DNA of 64,000 nt from Veleropilina oligotropha (taxonomy: Eukaryota). Where the stretch lies: the NCBI GenBank assembly GCA_048128005.1, contig JBEUKZ010000125.1, forward strand, positions 1 through 64,000, given 5' to 3'. Positions 23,301-38,300 of this stretch are shown in pieces; position 1 is the stretch's first letter; every line of letters starts with the position of its first letter. The notes under the pieces were generated by a model. It did not search any database. It worked only from the letters and a program-made list of their open reading frames with translations, and was not told the origin of the DNA. The position numbers and the translations under genes were made by a program.

Positions 23301-26300
23301 CCATAAAAACAAGATGTCAAGCATCCAAGCTTATACATATATACACATCCGCAGGTATTGTCCGGACCTTAATTTACACACCTGTTGCTATTTATTTTTA
23401 TTAATTGTCCCCCCAGGCTTCCGAAGGAAAAAGCCGAAGGGGGATATAGGGATAGCCTCCGTCCGTCCGGTCACACTTTTGGTTAAAGTTTTTGGATGAG
23501 GTATTACATGCATTTAATGGATGAATAACTCAAACAAACCTATTTAGATGGAAAGTAGACATGTTTACCCTTGAGTTGGAACCAAAAACGAAAAGATTTT
23601 TTTTTTTGGGTGAAAAAAAGCACTTTGAACATAGACATTTTTTGGTTAAAGTTTTTCTTTGAGTGTATATCGATTGCTCAACGAACATTTCGGCATATAC
23701 AAGCTTTAGTAATGGTTATATGGATGTGACCTGATACTCTGGCAATGATTTACATTATAATTTTATATAAATAATGCATGAAATTGGTGTTTTGGGACAT
23801 GGAAATTTAGTGAAAATTTTTCGTTTAAAGTTTTTCAAAGAGTGCTTATACAATGCTCATTGCACACTTATGCTTTGTTGGTCGCTATATTGATGTTAGC
23901 TGCTAGCCTGGCAGTGATATTGAACAAAATTTAATATAAATAATTTGTGAAATTGATGTTTTTATATAAATATTTTAGTTATATTTTTTAGGTTAAAGTT
24001 TTTCGATTATTGCATATAGGTTTAATAAAGCACTTTTTTAATGCATATACTTTGGTGTTGGCCATATTCTGGAAGTGATATTTAATAAAATTTAAAAAAA
24101 AAAAATGTTTTTTGACAGAAATTTAGTAAACATTTTCGGTTTAAGTTATTCAATTACTGCATATTGATTGATCAAGACATGTTGTTGCAAGCATATGCAT
24201 TGGTGTATGCTTCGTAATTGTTACCTGCTATTGTTTCAGTTATATTGATTATAATTTAATTTAAATATTCTGTGAAATTTTATTTAAAGTTTCTGGTTAA
24301 ATATTTTTCAGTGAGTGCATATGGGTTGACTTTGTGATGCTACATGCTGCTCTGGCGGTGATGTTGCATTCATTTTAACACAAAACTGTGTTAAATTTGT
24401 GTATTTGGACATAGAAATTTTGATTAATTTAACACAAATAATGTGTTACATTTGCAAGTTTGGACAAAGTTATTCAATTAGTGCATGTGTGCTGCTCAAG
24501 ATATATACATGTATATACTGGTTGATAGATCTAGGGATTAAAGACCAATTTCGATCAAATATCTCATTACCATCAAAACATTCAATGATTGTACTAAATC
24601 TATTTCTTGCATATATTGACAAAATGCTTTACCGCAGGGGATACCTATGAGGGGCCATCTGTAAATATATTATTTAGCTCTATTATTTATAAATAATAGC
24701 TTTATTTATAACTAAAGTCCATTTTACCTAAATAATGACTTATTTATATATAAATGCTTTTGGTAATTTTTTTACATTTGGCTCATCGCTGAGCACATTT
24801 CGTATTATATGTATATAATTGGTGCTTTGGGTAAAGAAGACCATTATTTATATATAATTTTAGTCAAATGTCAGACTGAACAATTATTTACATATAATGA
24901 CATTGGTGTACAACACGCAACTTTATTTATAAATAATTTGCACAAGTCAGATTATATGTATATAATGAAAATGATTGCCTAAATAAATGAAATTTACCTA
25001 AATAATTTCTTATTTGCGTAAATAATTATTTATATATGTTTATAATTTTGTATATATCTAAACAATTTTTAATTTACATAATTATATAAAAAATTGTTAA
25101 CGTAAATAATTTTGTATTTACCTAAACAATTTTTTATTTACGTAAATATTTCATTAATTACGTAAATAAGTCATTATTTAGGGTGCTCTCCCTTGTATTT
25201 AACGTAAGCGGCTCGAATATATTAGCAGAATACCGGTTATTTCGGGCATTCAAATTCGGCCATGCATCACGGTTTGTTCAAACACATGATCTTGTCTCAT
25301 GGCATCAAGATATCAATGAAATACGTATGCTTTTAGTTTCTGACCAGTTATTCGATGCATGTCAGTAAAGCAGTGCACTGGTGGTTATGTATTACTGATA
25401 GAATGGAGGCGCCTGGCCTTGTTGTGGTGATATTGTCATGCATAGATTAGTACTGCCTATATTATCGGTTACTCTTGCCGAGTTAGGCAGAACTGAAATA
25501 CGATACGAACCACATGCGTTTCGGCTATTCTAAGTTTAGAGTGCATTCAAATAGACTACATGCAGAAAATTAAACCAGTAAATTAATAATCGAAATCATT
25601 ACAATTTAATCTCATAAATAGCAATGCGCGTCCAGCAGCGCAAAAAACTGAACAGATCTGTTGATGGTGTAATATTAAATAACTGGTAGAATTCATATCA
25701 ATCGCAATAGTTGAACATCGCATGACCTAGTTACTGAGAAGCTGGTGTCACTGGCTGGCGGAACTATTCCCCATTAATCATTCCTAAAGCACACTATTAG
25801 CGCCATTTCTGTTATGTGTATCTCACTCTGATTTCAGCTTGGAAGTATTAAACTTAAATGTAGTTACGAAAAAATAAAGCGAATTTATTAAAAATAATAA
25901 CATTTAAATGTCTTTATGGTGGATTTAGGGAAGGGGGAAGGGATCAGGACCATCGTCGGACCAAACGTTATTTTATATACATATTTGATAGTGCATGTTA
26001 ATTTGCAACCTTTTACTCATCCACAGTGGTGAACATGTTCGTAATTGTTGGTAAAATAAGCCCAGTATTTGCACTAACAGAATGCAGGAAAGAGCCCCAC
26101 CCCCTCGTGAATCGATCGTCGATAGTATATTTTTATTTATATAATATATTCACAGTTGGGCTTTATGGTAATCGCAAAATAACACTTGCAAATTCTAAAA
26201 AAACATTCCCTCATTTAAAGTACGGACACACGAGGCACGCTTCTCAAGTAATCATTTTAAAAATTAAATGCCGATCACAATTATAATTAACGAAACATCA

Positions 26301-29300
26301 TGATGTGAATTAATAGGTTTATAAACATTTACATGCACTTAAAATGGATATATTTGCGATCACGTGACACATTTCTCGGTAAAACAGTACGTACGCAAAC
26401 ATTTAAGCTATACGGAAGCCGAATATGCCGAGGTCCGAAATATCAGGTATTCTATGAGATATTCGGGGTCAATTATGCTAAATAAAGGGGGAGAGCACCC
26501 TAAATAATGAAAATGTTTAGCTAAATAATGAATTGTTTAGCTAAACAATTTCATTATTTAGGATCAAAAACCATTATTTAGAAACGATGAATTATTTACG
26601 TAAATAATGATTTATTTGCGTAAATAATGATTTATGTGAAAAATGACTTAGTCCTACGTAAATAAGAAATTATTTAGGTAAACGATTTCATTTATTTAGG
26701 CAATCATTTTCATTATATACATATAATACGACTTGTGAAAATTATTTATAAATAAAGTTACTTGTAGTACATCACCACAATTATATGTAAATAATTACAA
26801 AGTCTGGCTTTTGACAAACATTATTTATAAATAATTGTCTTCTCTGCCTAAATCAACAATTATATACATATAATATATTTATATAATATATTCACAGTTG
26901 GGCTTTATGGTAATCGCAAAATAACACTTGCAAATTCTAAAAAAACATTCCCTCATTTAAAGTACGGACACACGAGGCACGCTTCTCAAGTAATCATTTA
27001 AAAAATTAAATACCGATCACAATTATCATTAACGAAACATCATGATGTGAATTAATAGGTTTATAAACATTTACATGCACTTAAAATGGATATATTTGCG
27101 ATCACGTGACACATTTCTCGGTAAAACAGTACGTACGCAAACATTTAAGCTATACGGAAGCCGAATATGCCGAGGTCCGAAATATCAGGTATTCTATGAG
27201 ATATTCGGGTCGATTATGCTAAATAAAGGGGGAGAGCACCCTAAATAATGAAAATGTTTAGCTAAATAATGAATTGTTTAGCTAAACAATTTCATTATTT
27301 AGGATCAAAAACCATTATTTAGAAACGATGAATTATTTACGTAAATAATGATTTATTTGCGTAAATAATGATTTATGTGAAAAATGACTTAGTCCTACGT
27401 AAATAAGAAATTATTTAGGTAAACGATTTCATTTATTTAGGCAATCATTTTCATTATATACATATAATACGACTTGTGAAAATTATTTATAAATAAAGTT
27501 ACTTGTAGTACATCACAACAATTATTTGTAAATAATTGCAGTCTGGCTTTTGACAAACATTATTTACAAATAATTGTCTTCTCTGCCTAAAGCAACAATT
27601 ATATGCATATAATACGAAATGTGCTTAGCGATGGGCGAAGTGTAAAATATTACCAAAAATCATTTATTTATAAATAAGTCATTATTTACGTAAATAATTC
27701 ATTATATACGTAAATAAGTCATTATATATGTAAATAAGTCATTACATGTATTTATAAATAATACTGGTATATGTATATTATGCAATTATATATAAATAAT
27801 AATAGTGCTAAATAATATATTTACAGATGGCCCCTCATAGATACCGCTATATCGATAGCACTTGTTTAATATATTTACAGATGGCCCCTCATAGATACCG
27901 CTATATCGATAGCACTTGTTTAATATTTCTATTTGTATAAATGTGAAGCACAATTAATGTCTATGAAATAATGATCATGAAAGTGTATGACATTTATTTA
28001 TTTATATTTTTTAGATGCTTGCTTCGTACCGAGAGCAGATATTCTGTCCCCTCATATAAGGTTAAGAAAGATGCAGGCTGGAAACACATGGTGAACAGAT
28101 ACAGGCAATGTAAGACTCGGTGATCAATGTTTGATTCTGAAAGTGCATCGTATTAGGGCCATGATATCAAAATGCGAGGAGCCCCTGTTGACCGAGTGGG
28201 TAAAAAGGAAAGGATCGATGCTTAATATCCTGTATATTTCCAACCATCATTTGGTTCAAAGCAGGACATGTCCGTATTATCTCCGACCAGTTTAAGACAA
28301 CTGTAATTCATAATTTGAACAAATGTGTGCTGCCCCTGCCGAGGTTTGAACCCACTACTGTTCGCATCAGCGATTTTCGAAGTCCACAACCGATACCACT
28401 GTACTGTCGAAGCAGCCCCAGGGTGGGTACAAGCATTCCTGTCAAATTACACATACTCCTACGCGGTTTCACATGAAATCGGTATATTATGCTTAATTTG
28501 TGTTTATAAATAAGATATGGTTTAAATAGATAAGTTGAACGTTTGTTAACTCTTTCACTGCCAAAGACGGATATATATATCGTTTTTTGCTAGTTTTCTC
28601 AGCGTGCATGCAGAATAGGGGGTTGTTATAACCACAAAAATATACTTTTGTGACTTTTCAATATTCAAATTGCTCAATGTTACAGCATCAATTTTGTTCG
28701 AGCAAAATATATATATGAATGCAATGTCAGCTGTTTCTAATCTAGCATTTTATCTTGACTTTTATATCTAGCCAGATATTTAATATTAATCTAAGATAAT
28801 CTGAGATGACTTCTGTTGCCATTACGGTTTGCAAAGCTCATTTATATTTTAGAAATCATTTGTGATCGTTGTTTCTGTGTACAAAGTTGAATTTTTATAT
28901 CTTGACCTTTTGGTAAAAAGGACAATACATTATCAATGTTCCGGCCATGTGTGTATACCATGGTTCGCACAGCCTTGAAAAGTACTTGAATTTGACCGTC
29001 TATAATGAAAAGTGCTTGAATTTGAAAATAACCTTGAAAAGTCCTTGAATATGACCAAACAGTCTTGAATAGTCCTTGAATATCATCATGGTTACTATTT
29101 TAATATTTTGGCGTTCCTATATCTTAGTATATTTATTAACTTTATGGTACTTGCATCTGTTTTCGTTCGCGGTGAAGTCGGTCACCATTTATCTGGACAG
29201 ATTTGCATTCGGACAGAATAAATAGATTCGGAAATCTTCGATTTTTGTGAATGTCAAGTTTAACACTAACTCGTTGATTTCCGTTGAAGTCTCGGAACTA

Positions 29301-32300
29301 GCAGATAATGCCGAAAACAGTCCGACATTGAAGACAATAAAAGTTGTCTCCCTTGACCGACAATGTGTTTATTTGATTTTATTCGCGAAATATGAAGGAA
29401 ATTTTGTAAATAACGTGTAAATAATATAATTTTAATCAACAATTTACAGCGGATATGGCAGGATATGGGTTTTTAATAGAAATTGACTTTCGCAGGTGGA
29501 ATATGCATCGTGGATACGGGAAGTAAAAACTGATAAACATAAAGCCATGTGCGCGTTGTGCAACAAAACGATCGACATTGCTAAAATGGGCGAACGTGCA
29601 CTGAAGTCGCACCTAAAATTATTAGAATCATTTTTAATTCAAGTTTAACACGAAGTTGAATAATGTGCCTTTTATTCATGTACTTATAATTATCACTGTT
29701 CCAAGTTGCATATATCACATACATTATATATTGATTTGCATTGAAAAAATAGTCCTTGAAATTTTTTTGTGAAGTCCTTGAAAAGTCCTTGAATTTCATG
29801 TGGCTATTTTTGTACGAACCATGTATACATATCAGGGTTCTCCCTGGCACTTATAAGGTAGCGGGTCCGCCACCCTAGGACATTTTCCTGCCACCCTATG
29901 GCCCCTCCCCGCCACCTTTCCACACCTTTAAAAAAATGACCACCATTCCAGATATTCACCCCATAGAAGCCATATAAAAAATATATATACAATATCTATA
30001 TATACATATACATGCATACACACACGCACGCGCGCGCGAACACAAGCGACCTCTCCGAGACATAATTTCCCCGCATTATAATTTCAATCCGGGGAGAACC
30101 CTGCATATGTATATATTTTCACCAAAAATTAGTATATACGTTACCACGAGTATTTGTAGGTCGTGTATATAGCTTTTTTGCAAAATATGCATGTAATAGG
30201 CACGTTTACACATAATTACTATATAAAGTATACACAAATTCTGACGTTGTTTACATGATGTCATTTTGACGCCAAATTGTTGCATTGCATCTTTTTACAT
30301 TAAACGTTTTACACGTGATATATTTTTAAATGTCCCTTGTAAGATATTAATTATGCGATATTTACTTCATTTCAGTCAAGCACTGTCCAACAAGTTGCCC
30401 GTGGCGCCATCACAGCGGACGTTGTTTTAAGTACGTTTCCACGGCGGCGACATGGTCTCAGGCAGCGGCTAAATGCGCGCAGTACGGAGGTCAACTCGCC
30501 GTCATGGACGGAGACGACATATTCAACTTTCTCAAGAGAAGCTTCATTAAAAACAGGTAATGGCATGCCTGAAGAAAGATTCAATCTTTATGAATATATT
30601 TAATATATAAAATCTTTTCAAGATGCTCATAATTTCCAAAGGCTAGTGTTGTGAAAAAGAGCGTGGCTCCCAATGAACTCGCCTGGTTGCTCTGAATCAT
30701 AAGAGTGGGTTCAAATCCTCGACTGGTTGGTGAGGGCTGAGTTTTCTAAGTGACCATGCGCCCCTCCGTCTCCAATATTATGAACTTTTCTACATTTATT
30801 GATGTACAATAACAATTTTATTCCATGTCTATATGGTTCATCAGCTCCGGTAATCGTGTGGTCTCGAGAAATCAGTTGGCTTGATAGACATTCACTAACG
30901 AACATGAGTGGGTTTGAATCTTGAATTGGGCAATGGCACTCTTTGATCAGTTATCAATCGCTGTTGTCCATAACAGGCCGGAGAAGGCGGTTTCTCCGGG
31001 TGATCGGACTTTCTCCCTGCGACAATATGGACATGTCCTTCTTTTATTAAATGGGGGCAGCGTGGCCGAGTGGATATGGTGCTGGTTTACTAAACGGCAT
31101 ACATGTGATACCTCCGCCGGGAGTGAAATACTCATGAAATCGGCACCCCCAAAATGGCCTACTCCCGAAATGACAAATTCCTACCGGATTATCTTGATTT
31201 CTCCCGTAATGTTATTTCTTATCCGCAATAGTGTTGGTGTCGGTAAACGGAACTCATTTAATAAGTCAGTCATCAACTCGTCTAATAGATGCTGTAACAA
31301 TATACCCGTACATAAATTATGTAGATAGAACGCGATAGAGCATGAAGATTTTTGTCAAATATTCGTTTGATACGCTGTTCACCGGTTCACAAGCACTCAT
31401 CGTTCTTTTGTTGAAAAATTGAAGCAAGTTTTTGTGTTGATAGCAATTGTCGCGCAGGTATTTCGGGAACTACTTGCAGATACAAGCGTTTTCCGACTTG
31501 CATATTTCTTTATATTGCGTTACAAAATAATCTCGCACTGGGTATTTAAATTTCTACTATTTAATACGAAGATAATTTTAGAATCAACGTTGTGATCTAT
31601 TTGATGTAGGCCCGTAGTTCACAAAGAATTAGATGTCAATAGAGCTAATTAAGTAATTAATTTGGAATAAATGTTATGGAAATGTGGTCTATTGATTAAT
31701 TACTAGTGAGAATGGCGGTTTCATCAATGTTGCCAAATAATAGGGATTAGCGCAATTGACATGCTCTGAGTGATTACAAGTTCGCGTTTATCGGCAAAGT
31801 ACATATCTATTAGGCCTATAACCGCAAAGGTAATTTTTGCATGATTAATTCATATCAATATCAATTGAACTATACTGTATTAGTATTTTGATATATATTT
31901 GTATCATTCTGATTGTTTATGCAAGTAGTGTATTATATAAAATATTTTTTGATAGTCATTAATGTTATAATGACATAACTGACTTAATAACTGTAAATAT
32001 TTTTGTTATGACAACAAATGTTACTATGCTGATCAAGTAATTAAGAATGTGCATATTGTACTTGACTGAAGATTTATATAATAAGCATTGTAAATATTTA
32101 AGGTTTTGTTATATAATTATTTTATGGTGTTTAATATATATATTTAATCATTTGGTTTGTGTAAAGAAAATAATATTTCTTTTCTATTAGTGCCTTTTTA
32201 TTCAAATAATTACAAATATATGACGAAATCTACGATAAAAAGCTCCGATAAATATACTTCTGGAATACCTCCTGGAATGGTATTTTGGGTTTATCACGTG

Positions 32301-35300
32301 TATGAAATGGGAGGTCACGGGTTCAAGCCCCGAGAGTGCCAGGGATTTTTCCAATGACCACTGCCTCCATTGCACACAGCACCACTTCATTTCATCAATC
32401 AAAGTTGATTGACCCGATTTATAACTGAAATACTGTTGGCGTGGTCGTTAAACATCAATTCATCATCACCTTTTAACCTGAAGGTTGTAAATGTACAAGA
32501 CATGAAGCATTGATCTAATGTGTTAACGGTCTGCATAAGTCTTCAAAAATTTCCTGGCCGCTTCGGTAGCGCAGTGGGTAGAGTGTCCACTCTAAATTCA
32601 CTGGCTTGTTTCCGCTGACGCGAACAGTAGTGGGATCAACCCCCGGCTAAGGCAGCACACATTTGTTCAAGTTATGAAGCACAGTTGTCCGTGACTGGCC
32701 GAAGAGGGCGGGTTTACCCGGGCGACCGGGGTATCCTCCCGCGATAACACGGACATGTCCTGCCTTGAACCTCGATGTTATAAACATACAGGACATTAAG
32801 CATAATTCCTCCTCCTCCTCCTCAAAAATTTCTTATCTATAGCCATCCTAATATTTGAACAGATCTTGGGGATATATTTTGTGACATATTTGTCTGTGTT
32901 GAATATAATACTGTATTATTTTTAGATGATTATATTGTTTCTGTTATTAGGCTGAATGCATTTTGGATTGGATTGAGTAGAAAGGACAGTAGACATCCTT
33001 TCATGTGGAAATGGAAGAACGACAATATACCAGTGCGAAACCACTACTGGCTGAATGGCGCAGTATGTATTAAATCATGGAAAATATAAACAGCAAATTT
33101 AATTTTTATATGGAGTGTAGGTGCGTACAGATTGCAGTATGCATGCAAACTCCAGTCTGGGACATCAAGGATTGAATTTCGGATCTTATCCACTGATCTG
33201 TCACAATTGGAGGCAATAAAATAAAACTAACCATAACAATCCGTTGCGACTGGAGCATGTATAGTTAAACTGAAGGTGAAGTAACATTTGTACAGTCATT
33301 TACATTTGAAATCGAAAGCAAATCAAACATCTGAATGGCAAAGAGAAACAATTTAAATCCCAGCATAGTGAACATGCAAGAGACACACTGGGTGCTGTAA
33401 AAAGTCGGATCAGATAGAGAAGTTAACCCTTGTCTCTCTTTCAGCCCAATGCCGGCTCCGCCGAGAACTGTGGGTTTTCCAAACCCGGCTACAACAACAA
33501 GTGGTCGTGCCGAGCCTGCGGGAACGCGTTGCCGTATCTCTGTGAATTCAACCCATCCGAGCTGGAGCCCGAAGCAGGTAAACCGACTACAAATGTGCTG
33601 TCACGTTATGCTTTGTCATTTGTAAGAAGATTAGTCAGATCTAGGTAATGTGTCTTTGTTCAAGTTATGAAGCACAGTTGTCCGTGACTGGCCGAAGAGG
33701 GCGGGTTTACCCGGCGACCGGGGTTTCCTCCCGCGATGCAAACACTATGGGCCTGGAGCGCATGCGCGTCTCTCATGTGACCAATGATAAAAGATACAGC
33801 CTAGTAGAATCATCGTTCAGCCGCGTCCGCCGCCGCAGAGATTTCTTGTGTGTGCTCTAACTTGAAAAATTCGAATCTGATTTGTTTCAAATTTGGTATG
33901 CACGTTAGTTATGATGAGAACATGCCACCTAACGATTTTCGAATCAAAGATGGTCGCCGTGGCGGCAATTTTGTTTGGAGAGATTTTTTGTGCGGGCTCT
34001 GCAGTGAAATTTTTTAATCTGATTTGATTCAAATTTGGCATACACGTTAGTTATGATGCAGCCCTCGCAACTAGGAAAAATCAAGTCCAACCAGGTCGGC
34101 ACGAGGTCGGCAAATTTTTTAAAACTGTTTTCTGTTAACACAATGCTTAAATCTTGTTTAAATACATAATTTAAGAATGTTTTAACCGTTGTTTCTGTGT
34201 ATATTTACCTTGAATTAATTTGCTATTTAGCCAACATATGATATTGTTTAAATTTTGAGCGAACTGGAGACTCCCAGTTCCACACACGCGGCATCGCGCA
34301 CGTGTTACCGTCTACCTCACCTATTCGCGTGACGAATATTGAGTAGCAATATCTTTTTTATGCCACCACCAATTTATTGGGGTGGCATTTAGATTTACTC
34401 TTGTCCGTCCCGTCCGTCCGTCCCGTCCCGTCCGTCCCGAAACCAGTATTTGCGTGTAAGCAACTCCAATCTGCTATAACTTCTATTTGCCTTCATGGAT
34501 TGACTTGATACTTTGTACACTTGCTTATCATCATTCATGCTTCGCTATGGTCAAGGCTGCCAGTGGGGGCATTTGTGTCCGATGGACACATTTCTAGTTT
34601 AAAATCTCCATTTGGTAGATGATAAAGTGACAATAGAATCAGCAAATATCTTTATTTACAATAAGCGTGTGGAATAAATATATGACAGGCAGTTTCACGC
34701 TCATGAATCTTATTGCTGTCAAATTGTACACGTTATTTCTGCCCGTTGGCCGTGGTCACTAATCGCGTATCCCGTAGCGACCGACGCGCTGCGTGTTCAT
34801 ATAAAGTTCATGTCACTAAATCTATTTAAATTAATATTTAATCATTAAATGGTGTCTTAAATTGGTTATATGCCGTTTTATCCAAAAAAAGATTACCACA
34901 TTGTAAGTTGGAAACATAACACGAGACAATTTTCAAATCATCCAAGCCCTAAACGTTACGTATTATTTTGGAAACGCGATTTGAATCCGTGACCTACTAG
35001 GCTAGTAATTTATAAATAGCGTACATGTGCGAATGGAGTGCTCGAGTGTTGAAAACTTGTGATGTTAACGATGTATTGGTGAACATTTCAACCAGGATGC
35101 ACAATATACAAAGTAGGAAAAGAGATGCAATTTAACAAGTTATGAATAAATATTGTAATTAGTATAATATATATGAACAGACCTTTTAGCAAGATAAATC
35201 GAGGTCGGCAAAAATTCGCCGACCTCGTACGCTTGCAGGTCGGCAACGAGGTCGGCATTGCCGAATGCCGACCTTAATTCCGAGGGCTGTGATGAGAACA

Positions 35301-38300
35301 CACTGCCTAACGATTTTCGTCGATTTCGGATTCAAGATAGTCGCCTTAGCGGCCATTTTCTTTGACGAGATTTCTTGTGCGCGCTCTACAGTGAACAATT
35401 TTGATCGGATTTGATTCAAATTTGGTACCGCTATGCGTTTTATTTATGATGAGAACACACCGCCTAACGATTTTTGTCGCTTTCAGATTCAAGATGGTCG
35501 CCTTGGCGACCATTTTCTTTGATCAGATTTCTTGTGCGCACTCTACAGTGAAAAGCGATTACACTGTAGCCTCGGTATAACGTGCCTCGATATACCGCGA
35601 TATCGGTTATAACGCGAGGCAGATCATGGCTCCCAAAATTTTATACCATATATACCTACTTTCTATAAAATGAGTCGGTTTCATGATAATTTTAGCAAAT
35701 TAAGGAACCATTTTACAAATTGCAAAACGAAATCGATACTTTTATTAAAATTAAAATCTACCTTGATTCATCTTGATTGTAAATGATTCTTTTAAGTTTA
35801 TGCATACATCATTGTCTTGTTAACTTAATCCCTTTACACACGGAAACAATGGAAAGTAAGTTTGTTGACTCTGAAACATGGCCGACGGCTTGGGTCTACG
35901 GTCGCTTAGGACAATGACAAATTTACTTGCTAACATTAAATCTGTACATGTACTAATAAATATTTTATTACACTTGTTGTTTTGTAAACAAATATGAAAT
36001 AAACATTGATGTTTTAAGCGTTGTATGATCAAGTTTCTTTTATGGATATGATTTACGATTAGTAAATCAAATGAATGAATGATATCACGTGATTGAAAAT
36101 TTCGCTTAGAACAAAGACAAACTGTTAACGATTAGTAAATCACATTACTGAATGATATCACGTGATGGAAAATTTATTGTATTCCCGTTGTAAATGACAT
36201 CTACATGTATATTAATTACAAATATCATTACATTATTTTAATTTCGCTTATTTTTTAAATGCAATGCCCTCCGCATTTTACATATTTGTCGGCAGCTCAT
36301 TTATAACGCAACGACCTCTGAACTCCATGGATAAACAAAACAACACCCCAAAGATTTCACACGCACGTGATATTCCTAGTCACAGAAGAGCGAGCGGCTA
36401 TTGATCAGTGCAAAACAAAAGAAACGATTAAATGCACTTGCAGCTTAATTGGGTAACTACTATGAACATGAACTACATTTCACCACCGTATAATACGCTA
36501 TGAACACAACAGACAACAAAGCTTTTATTGCAGATTTAAATTAAAACACATGTTGAAACAATCGGAGTTACATTTATAAAATTTCCCCGTCAGACAGGTA
36601 AATATATATAAACTATATATATATATATATATAACATTTCAAAATAGCTATAATAAATGTTATATTTCCTGCATTCATCATTTTATTTATTTTCCTCTCA
36701 TATACACATTACAATGACATTAGCATATTCATGACAGCTTTTCAATAGACAATATTCGTATACCGCGGATCGGTTATAACGCGGTGCGTGTCCACTTGGA
36801 CCCCAATACCCGCGTTATACCGAGGCTACAGTGTATCCGATTTGATTCAAATTTGATATGCACATTTGGTATGATGAGGACACGGCGCCAATTGATTTTT
36901 GCTGCTGTGAGAGTGGATACAACCCCTCGACTTGCTGGGTCGAGGATTTGCTAGTTCTAATTTAATTTAAGATGAATTTTTATGTCACATTACTGCATTC
37001 ATTTTATCCCCGGACATAATAGTTGAGGATAGTATGGTTTAGTCATCGTTCAGCCGCCGCGTCTGCTGCTAACATTTCTGGTGTGCGCTCTACAGTGAAA
37101 AGTTCTAATCCGATTTGATTCAAAATTGGTATGCGCATTAGTTATGATGAGGACACGGCACCTAACAATTTTCATTATTTTTGGATTCAAGATGGCCGCC
37201 GTGCAGTCATTTTGTTTGGAGAAATTTCTTGTGTGCACGCTCTACAGTGAAATATTTTAATCCGATTTGATTCAAATTTGGTATGCATGTTAGTTATGGT
37301 GAGGACATCCCGCTTAATAATTATCATCATTTTCGGATTCAAGATGGCCACCGTAGCAACCATTTTCTTTGAAGACATTTCTTGTGAACGCTCTACAGTG
37401 AAAAGTTATTATCGTATTTGATTCAAATTCGCTATATACATTTGGTATGATGAGGACACGACGCCTATCGATTTTTGCTGCCCCCCTCGACTTGCTGGGT
37501 CGAGGATTTGCTAGTTCTATTATGTTTAATATTAGTTGAGCCATGATCTATACATTCATACAGAGGATCTCTGAATGGCTGATCCAATTCTATTGAAAAT
37601 AATTACAGATGACAGATGTGGCTTAAGAGTCATTGTTCCTGATATGCGAACACTTATCAAACAATTATTGTAACTCCGGACAATAGTCGGGGAGAGTCAT
37701 CATTCATGCGCGTCCGCTACCGCCGCAGAGATTTCTTGTGTGCGCTCGACCGTGAAAAGGTCTCTCCGATTTGATTCAAATTTTGTATGCACTTTAGTTA
37801 TGATGAGGGCACGCCGCCTAACGATTTTCGTCGTTTTTATGCCACCACCAATTTATTGGGGTGGCATTTAGATTTACTCTTGTCCGTCCCGTCCGTCCGT
37901 CCCATCCCGTCCCGTCCGTCCCGAAACCAGTATTTGCGTGTAAGCAACTCCAATCTGCTATAACTTCTATTTGCCTTCATGGATTGACTTGATACTTTGT
38001 ACACTTGCTTATCATCATTCATGCTTCGCTATGGTCAAGGCTGCCAGTGGGGGCATTCGTGTCCGATGGACACATTTCTAGTTTAATCCAAGATGGCGCC
38101 ACGGTGGCCATTTTGTTTGGAGAGAATTCTTGTGTGTGCTCTTCAATGAAATATTTTAATCCAATTTGATATGTGCTTTTAAATTAGTTATGATGAGGAC
38201 ATGCTGCCTAACGATTTTCGTCGTTTTTTATCCAAGATTGCCACCTTGGCATCCATTTTGTTTGTAGAGATTTCTTGTGCACGCTCTACAATGAAGTTTT

